Positions 43,601-53,762 of a stretch of DNA of 64,000 bases are shown here, in pieces (position 1 is the stretch's first letter; every line of letters starts with the position of its first letter). A program made the position numbers and the translations under genes. The DNA is from Thraustochytrium aureum. Lineage: Eukaryota. The stretch lies in NCBI GenBank assembly GCA_012862495.1, contig BLSG01000129.1:1-64000 (forward strand). The letters run 5' to 3'. The notes beneath the pieces were generated by a model, which did no database searches, was not told the origin of the DNA, and was given only the letters and a program-made list of their open reading frames with translations.

Positions 43601-45365
43601 NNNNNNNNNNNNNNNNNNNNNNNNNNNNNNNNNNNNNNNNNNNNNNNNNNNNNNNNNNNNNNNNNNNNNNNNNNNNNNNNNNNNNNNNNNNNNNNNNNNN
43701 NNNNNNNNNNNNNNNNNNNNNNNNNNNNNNNNNNNNNNNNNNNNNNNNNNNNNNNNNNNNNNNNNNNNNNNNNNNNNNNNNNNNNNNNNNNNNNNNNNNN
43801 NNNNNNNNNNNNNNNNNNNNNNNNNNNNNNNNNNNNNNNNNNNNNNNNNNNNNNNNNNNNNNNNNNNNNNNNNNNNNNNNNNNNNNNNNNNNNNNNNNNN
43901 NNNNNNNNNNNNNNNNNNNNNNNNNNNNNNNNNNNNNNNNNNNNNNNNNNNNNNNNNNNNNNNNNNNNNNNNNNNNNNNNNNNNNNNNNNNNNNNNNNNN
44001 NNNNNNNNNNNNNNNNNNNNNNNNNNNNNNNNNNNNNNNNNNNNNNNNNGCCAGGCGCAAGGCGACACGGCGCCAAAACCGCTGCAAGGCCACGGCTGCT
44101 ATGGCCCGCCGAGCGCACTGTGCTCGGACATGGACGAGGATGTACAGGGTGGCGGCCTGACGAATTTGAAAAATGCGCCGCATGACAACCTGGTGGGACA
44201 TGAATCCGCGGAAGGTGGCTTGAATGGCCGTCGCGCTGCGGAGGCGAGCTTTGGACCATCGCCTGACAGCGCGTGCAATGCATGAGGCTGCTCGAATCGC
44301 CTCGCAGAGTTGCAGACGCGCTTGGTATTGCCTCACGAGGGACTGCATTCGCACTGCAGCTTTGTTGGCAAGGCGTGGCGCAAGGGCAAGGACCCGGCGC
44401 AAGTGCGACTTGCGGATTGCCCTGACCCGAGCGGCGCGGGCAGCACGGCGAGCGAGCGCGACCCGGCGCGCCGCGCGCCGCTGGAACCACGCTCTTGCTA
44501 GGCTCTGGATCCGTGTGGCGCAAACAGTCGGGTCGCGCACGTTGCGGACATCCCACTGCACGTTGCCCGAGATGGAGTCGACGGCCGGAAAGAGTTTGAG
44601 GCCGGCAGCTCGAAGCCCTCGAGCAAGCTCGCGCCCCGCGTTTGCAGCGCTCTGCGACGCAGGCCTGCGTCCTCGGCTGGGTCATGGTACTGACTATGAA
44701 AAAGTGCCCGTCCAAGCATCGCAGCGGTCCTTGCATGCGTGACTCATCTAGCGGTGCGAGTTGGAGCTGCGCGGTTCGGCCATGCCATGAAGATGGCTGC
44801 TCCTTGCCTTCGCGAAATTTGCGCTTCCAAAAGTTGTCTTGGCAATGGTCCAGGCACGCAGGGCCCTGGCACTTGCGTCGCTGTGGGACAGCGCGTCGCA
44901 CTGCGCGCACCCACTCGGAGGAAAGATCAGAGCTCGTGCTCGCAAGCGATAGCATGATGTCCTTGGAGATGCTGATGCGAAACGTGTGAAAGCCTTCAGG
45001 GTAGTCTGCTGCAAAGCAGTTTCCCGTCCGCACTGCGCTAGAGTCGCTTGTGAGCTGAAACAAGGCATCGTCCCAAGCGCTCTGATGTTGGTGCCTCGTA
45101 AGTGTGACCATACACGTCATCGGGTCGACTCCAACCCAGGCTGCGGTCCACCTGCCGTTGTTGTTCCAGAAGAGCCATCCTCTTGTGATGCCTGTCCGCT
45201 CGCGAGCAACTTTATCGATCGACCTGCCTGCCCGCTCCCAGACCTCGCCCCGGACGGTTGGGTCGAGAGTCAGGTCCTGGAACTCTGGCTCGCCGCGCGC
45301 GAGGCGGTCGCGCTTCGCAAGGGCAGCAACCGATCCGCAGTCGGCCCGGGCGCTGTGGTCAGTGC
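40621..45365 (-). CDS. Large protein with a PH domain, multiple IQ calmodulin-binding motifs and coiled coil; interrupted by gaps and frameshifts; 5' end probably near 46.0-46.2 kb
   Basis: PH-like TRGWLFW...FHTFRI...LSLASTSSDLSSEWVRAVRRAV at about 44880-45200; IQ motifs IQSLARAWFQRR, MQSLVRQYQAR, IQATFRGFMSH, LQRFWRR at 44050-44520 and IQCWRR near the C-terminus. Could be more than one gene. Confidence 0.55.
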
Positions 45366-46450
45366 NNNNNNNNNNNNNNNNNNNNNNNNNNNNNNNNNNN
45401 NNNNNNNNNNNNNNNNNNNNNNNNNNNNNNNNNNNNNNNNNNNNNNNNNNNNNNNNNNNNNNNNNNNNNNNNNNNNNNNNNNNNNNNNNNNNNNNNNNNN
45501 NNNNNNNNNNNNNNNNNNNNNNNNNNNNNNNNNNNNNNNNNNNNNNNNNNNNNNNNNNNNNNNNNNNNNNNNNNNNNNNNNNNNNNNNNNNNNNNNNNNN
45601 NNNNNNNNNNNNNNNNNNNNNNNNNNNNNNNNNNNNNNNNNNNNNNNNNNNNNNNNNNNNNNNNNNNNNNNNNNNNNNNNNNNNNNNNNNCATCCAGGGG
45701 CCCGGGCGTGAAACGTCTTTCGCGCCGAGGAATCCTCCGGCGATCTCGCTCGCCAGCGCGCCTCGGCAGCGTCGTGGCAGCACGTCAGGCAGTTCCAGCT
45801 CCTTGGTTCCAGCGCCCGGCGGTGGGCCGCGAAGTGCCTGCCTCCATGCGCTGTCTGCGGGCGCCGCGGCGCGACACCTGTTGCAGGCGAGCGTGTGCTG
45901 GGTGGATGGACGGAAAGTGCATCCGCCAACAGCCGTCAAATCCGTGCAGGGCAAGAGGACCAGCAGCGCAGGTTTGGAGGTCTGGAGGGGGCTCCTCCAG
46001 CCAGAATTCAGCCGAGGCACGTATCGCCAGGGTGTGCGCCGCGTCTTCATCATGCCATGATGTGCGTGCTCATCAGGCTTGCTTTGGTTGGGTCCACTGG
46101 TCTTTTCATAAGATTTTCGCGTCTTGTCAAGGACTCGGGGCGCTCACTCTCGGACTTGAACGACAAGGACATGATGTCCGTCGAGTGCATACATAGTCGC
46201 ACGCGTGGCTTCAGCCGAGCTTCCGCTGGGGCGGGACAGCCGTCAGGGAGAATTGGTGGGAGTCGCCAGCACGTCCTGAGCAAATAGCTCCTCCGGTGCG
46301 AGCGGGGGGCGCACACTCGCACCGCTGCTACTATCCTGGATGCTTGCGTAGGTAAGCTAGGTATCGCTTTTCGGTTTCGCGCACGCCAGCCTTTTGCTCG
46401 GTGTTCCGTGCCTTCCCAATGTGGTGGTGCAAGGTGCGTTGCCAGAGCCT

Positions 46451-46481
<31 letters not shown>

Positions 46482-46697
46482 CGCCCTGCCCTGCCAGTGG
46501 ATGGGGCGGTATCCACAGCGATTTGCTTCCAGCGATGAGAGGGCGTCTGCAATTTGTATTCCGCCTAGACTCGCAAGATGCTGGCCTCAGGCTCGCACTC
46601 GTGGATCGCTAGCGCAGCAGTCCCACAACGCAGGTAGAGTAGCAGCAAGCAAACCAGATCGAGCACAACAAGAGCAAGACCAACGCACGCAGGCAGG

Positions 46698-49409
46698 ATG
46701 GCGACGCTCAAGGAGCAATTTGAGAGCGCCGCCAAGCACTTTGAGACCATCTACCAAGGCGCCAGCGACAAGCAAAAGCTTCGTCTTTACGCCCTGTACA
46801 ACCAAGCAGTGAGCGGCGACGTCGACCTGAAGACCGCCCCAAGCAGCCTCCAAGTGGTGAAAAACGCAAAGTTTCAGGCTCGCAAGCGATGCATCGGCAT
46901 GCCCAAGGACGTCGCCATGAAGCGCTACATCTCCGAGGTGCGCCACGTCGACCCCGACTGGGGCAGCGGACGCGACCTCCTCGGAGGCGGCATGAGCGCC
47001 GTGGCGCCGCCAACGCTCAGCGCGCGCAAAGTCAAGAGCAAGGGGAAAATGAGCAGCCCCGCCTCGCTGTTCAAGCGCAAAAGCAAGAAAGCGTCCCCCG
47101 AGAAGCTCGAGGAGGAGTTTGTCGCCGCGTGCGAGTACGCAAAGCGCAGCAAGCTGTTTGCCTCGAGTAACTCAAAGAGCCTCCTCTACTCGTACTACAA
47201 GCAGGCGACTGCCGGCCCGTGCGAGGTGGGCGCGCCACGCGGGTTTAGCCGCGCGCGCTACGCGCGCTGGCGGGCATGGGCAAACCTCTTCGACATGCCC
47301 AAGGCGAGGCTATGGAACTCTATGTGGCGCACGTCAAACGATTTGCACCAAACTTCAAGTCCGGCGTTGTCCCAGAGGCGGAACTCGTCGTGAGCGGGGC
47401 GAGCGACGATGGCGCCGAGGAGGAGGACGAGCGAGCCCCGAACACGGTGGACTTTGCTGGTTCCGCAGGACCTGTGACCAAGCAAACGCTTGGTCGGCTG
47501 CTCAAGGACGTTTCGGACAACGGCGGCATGGTTTACCTCCTTACTGGCGCAAGCGGGTTTTTGGGCACCTTTTTGGTTGAGCATCTCTTGGCGCGCAACC
47601 CGAACTCGGTCGTCCTGGCGGTGACGCGCAAGTCGTCGGTGCAAAAGCTGCGCGTCTCCATGATGCAGCGCCACGGCGAGGCTGGCTCCCGCGTCGTGCC
47701 TATGGAGGGCGACATCAGCGAGCCTTCGCTAGGCCTCAGTGAGGAGCTCATTCAGGCCCTCCTCACGTCGGACGCGGGAGTGGACCACTTTTCCACCTCG
47801 CCGCGTCGTACGACATGACGGCATCGGAGGNNNNNNNNNNNNNNNNNNNNNNNNNNNNNNNNNNNNNNNNNNNNNNNNNNNNNNNNNNNNNNNNNNNNNN
47901 NNNNNNNNNNNNNNNNNNNNNNNNNNNNNNNNNNNNNNNNNNNNNNNNNNNNNNNNNNNNNNNNNNNNNNNNNNNNNNNNNNNNNNNNNNNNNNNNNNNN
48001 NNNNNNNNNNNNNNNNNNNNNNNNNNNNNNNNNNNNNNNNNNNNNNNNNNNNNNNNNNNNNNNNNNNNNNNNNNNNNNNNNNNNNNNNNNNNNNNNNNNN
48101 NNNNNNNNNNNNNNNNNNNNNNNNNNNNNNNNNNNNNNNNNNNNNNNNNNNNNNNNNNNNNNNNNNNNNNNNNNNNNNNNNNNNNNNNNNNNNNNNNNNN
48201 NNNNNNNNNNNNNNNNNNNNNNNNNNNNNNNNNNNNNNNNNNNNNNNNNNNNNNNNNNNNNNNNNNNNNNNNNNNNNNNNNNNNNNNNNNNNNNNNNNNN
48301 NNNNNNNNNNNNNNNNNNNNNNNNNNNNNNNNNNNNNNNNNNNNNNNNNNNNNNNNNNNNNNNNNNNNNNNNNNNNNNNNNNNNNNNNNNNNNNNNNNNN
48401 NNNNNNNNNNNNNNNNNNNNNNNNNNNNNNNNNNNNNNNNNNNNNNNNNNNNNNNNNNNNNNNNNNNNNNNNNNNCGCCTGTGGGACTACTATGAGCGCT
48501 TCATGGACCGCAGCCTCGACAAAAAGCAGGCGCTCCGCGCCGAGGTCTCGGGGAAGACAGTCCTGGTCACGGGCGCCTCGGACGGCATCGGTCTCCAGCT
48601 CGCCAAGCGGCTGGCAGCGCAGCGCGCTCACGTCGTTCTCGTGGCGCGGTCCAAGGACAAGCTTGATGCCGCCAAGAAGGAGATCACCGACGCGGGTGGG
48701 AGCGCCTCGATTTACGTGGCCGACCTCTCCAAGGAGGACAGCACCTCGGCGATGATCAAGCGCGTGCTGGCCGACCAACGGCCATGTAGACGTTTTGGTC
48801 AACAACGCCGGCCGCAGCATCCGCCGCTCGGTCGAGTACCAGTACGACCGCTTCCACGACTTTTCGCGCTGCATCGACCTCAACTACTACGGTAGTCTCC
48901 GGACCATTTTGGGGTTCTTGCCGAGCATGCGCGCGCGCAAAGTGGGCCACATTGTCAACGTCAGCTCGATCGGGGCGGTCACGAACGCGCCGCGATTCGG
49001 AGCGTACGTGGCCTCAAAGAGCGCGCTTGACGCATTTACGCGCTGCATCTCGAGCGAGATCGATTCTGATGGGGTCTCCATTTCTACGATTTACATGCCG
49101 CTCGTGGCAACCAAGATGGTGCGGTCCAAGGGCAACGACTACGACCACGCCAACCTGCTGTCCGCCGAGGAGGCGAGCGCCCTTATCGAGCGAGCGATCG
49201 TCACCAAGGAGCGCACCATCATGACCGAGACGGGCCGCTGGGTCAACATCGGGTACTTTTTGTTTCCCGCAGTCACCGAGTCGATCCTCAACGTCATGTA
49301 CAAGCTCGAGCCAGAGGCCGCGCCTGACGGCAAGGTCGACTCGGTCACGGCCCGCGGCGACAAGGAGCAGCTCCGCGCCGTCACCAACCTCATGAAGGGC
49401 GCCATCTAG
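46698..49409 (+). CDS. ACBP-ACBP-fatty acyl-CoA reductase fusion (Maqu_2507/AcrA1-type: extended SDR plus classical SDR)
   Basis: ACBP1 LYALYNQA..GD..AMKRYI; ACBP2 LYSYYKQATAG..WRAW..AMELYV; TGASGFLG, GDISEPSLGL, HFFHLAASYDM; after the gap RLWDYYERF, TGASDGIG, VLVNNAGRSIRRS, DRFHDF, SSIG, AYVASK, YMPLV. Three 1-nt homopolymer frameshifts (about 47303, 47790, 48777) and a gap at 47831-48475. Confidence 0.85.
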
Positions 49410-50105
49410 TTGCTGTAGAGCCGCTTGTTCCCTTCCTTGTGTGAAAACTACAACATACGAACTTACATGCTGATGGAGGCCCTCCTTGCGTGCGCCAACA
49501 TAGGTTCTCGAGTACTTGCTCTTGATGGTCCATGGTGTTACTTTTGTAATGAACACTCTAGCTAGCTAGAGGAGTTCGGCTGTCGACGCGCGAGGGAGGC
49601 CGCCGCGTGCGTGCGGAAGAGCCCCTCCAGACCAATCCCATAGGAACCGGACAGACAACCAAAAGTATGAAGACGGCGAAGACCCTTTCGAATGGTGGCC
49701 TTCCGACCGTGACACGGAACGTCCGTGACAAACTCGTTGACGACCGCCCGCGGATCAATCATTCCAATCTTTTGATCGAAAAGCAAAACCAAATCAAAAA
49801 CACACAGTCGTTCTCAAAGCTCTTTCTGTTCCGCCCTCAAGCGGTTTAGTAGCGCCCGGTGGTTTTCCCACGCAGAGACAGAGACTCTGCTGTCAGTGCA
49901 GAACGCCGTTTGACTTCCCGCTGCGCGTGAGCAGAGCAGGCCTACTGCTGCGTTCCTGCGAGCACCCCCGCACACGCCGCGAGCACCCGAGACACCTGTC
50001 GTCGCGCGCGGCGTGCAGGAAAGCGACGCCCGCCCTTGAGCAGGACCACGTTCGCTCGTGTAAGTGTTTTGAATTGATTGAATAGGGCCCGGCCCACCGT
50101 CGGCG

Positions 50106-51225
50106 ATGGCGACCTCGCTCGCCGCTTGCCTGAACGAGCTGGCTGGGGCGCAGCGCCGGCTTCAGGCGAGCTGCTCGACGCTTCGTGCCAAGCCCTGCCT
50201 CCGCAAACAGCAACCACAGCAGCAGAGGTCGGCCCCTCGCGAGGAGCTCTCGTCCCGCTTCGTGAGCAACGCCGACGTTGACGCGCGCGTGCGTACGTAT
50301 CGGAGGGCGCTCGAAGCAAAACTCAAGGCGCTCGTCGACACCACCGCTCGCGAGGTCGATCAACTCACGGCGTCCGTGCAGGCAGCGGATCGGGACGCCA
50401 GCGCTGCTGTGCAGCGGGCCGAAGCGCAGGCCGCCGCGTCAGTCCTCAAACAAAGACGCGACGAGCTCGTCGCCCAAAGAGAAGACCGCGCGCGGCTGGC
50501 CGCCGCCTCGACGGCAGAGCTCAAGGAGCTGCAGAGCGCACTGCAAGCAGCGGAAGAAGACCTCGGGGTAAGTCGGGCTTCCTTTTGTCGTTCCGCGCCA
50601 GCGCTTCGCGCTCTAACGCCTCGGGATTGATCGATTTGGAACAGTGTGTGGAGCGCGACTGCACCAGGCTCAAGCCACAGGCAGGCACACCGGGCAGCAT
50701 GGAGGCGTGCATCGGCGAGATGGACCTTCGCGCCCAGCTGGAGGCGCTGAACGACGAGGCAGAGCAGCTCGAGCGCCAAGCAGAGTTGCTTGAACGATGC
50801 AAGGCAGCGGCCGTAACTCCAGGGGTCGCCCCTGCTGCTGCTGCCAAAGAAGAGGTAAGCTTAGCTTCGCACCGAGACAATCTGCAAACTTGTTTTCAAT
50901 CAAAATCAAGAATTTACGCTGACGAGCACCTCTTGGCGCGCCGTTCGCCAAGCTCGAGCGCGCTGCAAAAGAGCTGGAGCTCGCGATAGAGAGGGAAGCC
51001 GCCGCTTTGCACGCCCTCGACGAGAGGATCCAAGACCAATCCTCTCGCGTTGAGGGCCTGATACGCGCTTGCTGCTCTCATTTCGAGCGGGAGAGTGACG
51101 CGGGCCTTGTGCGACGATTCCTGACTGCAGTCACGCACAACGCGATGAGCGCCAAACCGGTGCACTTTGACCCCGTGGACAAGGCGAGGCTCCGAGACCT
51201 TGGCCTGCTAGCATTGCACCGTTAG
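50106..51225 (+). CDS. Hypothetical coiled-coil protein; introns 50568-50644 and 50855-50952
   Basis: Three exons join in frame through GTAAGT...CTAAC...CAG and GTAAGC...CTGAC...AAG introns; long heptad-rich product. Confidence 0.7.
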
Positions 51226-51455
51226 AAATGCGAGCTGTGAAAGAAGATTGGTCCTTCATCGGGGAGGGGGCGCTTTGGGCGCGCACATGATTCCTCTGGG
51301 CAAAGTATGGCAGCACGCTTTGAACTCTCCCAACTCTCTCTAGCTAGAGCTAGCTTGCTTGAGCTTGCGTTGTCTCTACTAGCTTGAGCTGGGAGCTCTC
51401 TGTACTTGAGTAGCAGCTAGCTAGTCGCCGCTCGCCTCGCCGTCGCCACCGCAAT

Positions 51456-53430
51456 CTACAGCTTGTGCCCGCTCAGTGAGAGCCCTGCTGTCGGTGCCGA
51501 CCCCAAATGGCCAAGTCCGCCTAGGCGCGCATGTGCTGCAGTGGCAAGCGATCCAGAGCGCCGACGGCCTTTGCCTCGCCCTGTTGCAGGAGCTCTGGGG
51601 TTTTCGCTTCCGAGCACGAGCCCTCGCAAACGAGCTGGTGCCGTGTATGCACCAACGCCACGACTCTTGCCTTCGGCACATGGGCGAGCGTCAGTCGAGA
51701 GGCGCGCGCCACCCTCGGCGCTGTTGGTTCGTCCCATCGAAGTCCGCAAGGCCCGCACAGCAGGCCCGGCGGGATCGGCGCTTTGGGCGCGGCGGCCTTC
51801 AAGATTCGGTCGGTCAGACGAGTGCTCGACGGAGTGGCCAAGCGAGAGACTCGCGACGCCCAAGAGCTGGTCGAGCGCGTCGAAACTTGCAGGAACATGC
51901 TCTTCGGAACGCCGGACACGGATGCGCGACCCGGCACCGCTCACCGCCGGCTTGGTGCAATGGACCGTTTCTGCCTTGCCCTTCGTCTTTGCCGTTTCTG
52001 CCAAACCAGGAAACATTGCTGCTGCGCAAAAGCGGCACTCGCCACGATGCTGGGAGCTTGCTATCTCCCACGCACAGGTGGCGTGCAAGCGTGCCTTGCA
52101 GCACAAGAGCTGGCGCGGCGCCTCTGCTGCTGAGCGATTTCGTGCAGCGAGGGGAGCCTGACACGCTGCACAAACCTGCAAATGATCGCTGCCACCGCTC
52201 GATATCCTGGGACCATCCTCAGCTCCTTCTTGGTTTCCCGGCTGGATGAGTTGCATGTGCTTGACGAGGAGGTCTGCAAGTGTTCTTGCTTGCACAGTGC
52301 GGCCGCGCGCAAAGGGATCGTCGAGACCAAGCAAAAGGTCGTAGTCGCTGGTCGTCAGCTCACGCGACTCGAGTTCGCGTACCAGCTCTGCGTCTTGGCG
52401 GCTGAGCTCTGTGAGCTTTTCGTAGGGGCGCGCTGCTCGCCAGTCCTCGCCCTTGCTCCCCCCCTTGCAGACGAAGGGGTGTAGTTGCTCCTTGCAAGGC
52501 ACATCTGCGCGAGTGTCAAAGCAAGGCCCACATACATTTACACACTTGCGCCCATGGCCGTCCCCGCACATCAGACACCTGTACCACTCCTCGGCCCCAG
52601 CGCACGTCGCCGAGCACATTCGGCAGTGCCAGCGGCTCGCGCGGCGCGTGATCGCCTAGCCTCGGAGTGCAGTGTCCGAGCGTGAGACTCTTGCTGGCGA
52701 AGCTGTGCTATCGCGCCTTGCCCCCAGTCGACTCGACACAAGGGGCAGCGGACCTGGTCCCCCGTGCTGGTCTGGTGCTCTGCCCAAATCTTCATGCACT
52801 TGGCGTGCATACTATTCCCACACGACACGCGGCAATATGCGAGTGCATCTACCTCTGCTGGACCTCTGGGCAGGTCCTCCTGGCAAATTGGGCAGATGTC
52901 GCCTTCCTCGACGGGCTTGCGGCTCACCAGGTCAATCGCGCTGTGCGCGTCCGTGCAGGGGTGCAACAGTCGGCGTCTGTGTAGAAATCGCGGCTTGGTC
53001 CTCTGCTGCCCAAGCGCCGCTCCCCTGTGCGCTTTCTGAGAAACTGGTGCTTGCGTGCCGCACAATGGCGTTGGCTTGAGGCCGCGGCGCTGGACTGGCG
53101 GCGGAGCTGGGCTTGGAGGATCTCATCAATTTCTCTCTCCGTGAGCCCGCGCTGCCAGCACACGGGATTCTCCTCGGCAACCCGCAGGATACGGAGCAGC
53201 ACGAACAGGATGTGTGCGCAGACGTCGGGAGCGTCGCACGAACAACGGTTGGGGTCCCCGAGCAGGACTTTGAACTTGTCGTCGCCGCCTTCGCCGCGCA
53301 ACGTGTAGCTCATGGGGCCGCTGCTTTGCACGAGGTAAAACTTTTGCTCCCCGGCCGTGACGCCCCGCGCAAGCTCCGCGACGGCATCGGGAGCTTGCTT
53401 GCGGAATGGCACAGACCTGACTCCTGCCAT
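51456..53430 (-). CDS. ZSWIM2: ZSWIM2 (MEX)-like E3 ubiquitin ligase: SWIM + RING + ZZ-like + second RING-like finger
   Basis: SWIM CSC..CAHILFVL and WQRGLTEREI; RING CPICQEDL..CRVSCGNSMHAKC..W..CPLCR; ZZ-like CRMC..YRCLMC..CGPCF; RELTTSDYDLLLGLD; CAAC..CC..H..C..CRFC. Frame changes near 52980 and 52640. Confidence 0.82.
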
Positions 53431-53596
53431 CGGCGCGAGTGCTGCGCGTTGTGCGACTACCAGCGATGCACTGCATGATGGCTCGCATCACAAAGCCGTC
53501 AACGGCTACTGCTCNNNNNNNNNNNNNNNNNNNNNNNNNNNNNNNNNNNNNNNNNNNNNNNNNNNNNNNNNNNNNNNNNNNNNNNNNNNNNNNNNN

Positions 53597-53627
53597 AACG
53601 AACGAACGAACGAACGAACGAACGAAC
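53597..53627. repeat. (AACG)n microsatellite abutting a gap
   Basis: Read directly from the sequence. Confidence 0.9.
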
Positions 53628-53762
53628 AAACGAGCCACAACGAACAAATCGATCGCGCTTGCTCGCGAGGCTCGCGTTGCAAGGCTCGCTCTCGCGGCAG
53701 GTGCGCGAAAGTGCCTGTCTTTGCACGGCATCGGCATCCGCACCCTGTTCGTTTGCCAGCTG

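Noticed and set aside
793..48778. Frameshifts in ACOT8 (793-795), BCD1 (2721), the VTT-like gene (31032-31034), SF3B3 (about 35066) and the reductase (about 47303, 47790, 48777) as pseudogenes or programmed frameshifting
   Set aside because: Each is fixed by changing a 1-4 nt run by one base, and essential genes such as SF3B3 are affected. This is the signature of homopolymer sequencing error.
613..49409. Lipid-metabolism gene cluster (ACOT8, SLC10, ACBP-reductase)
   Set aside because: The genes are tens of kb apart and separated by unrelated housekeeping genes.
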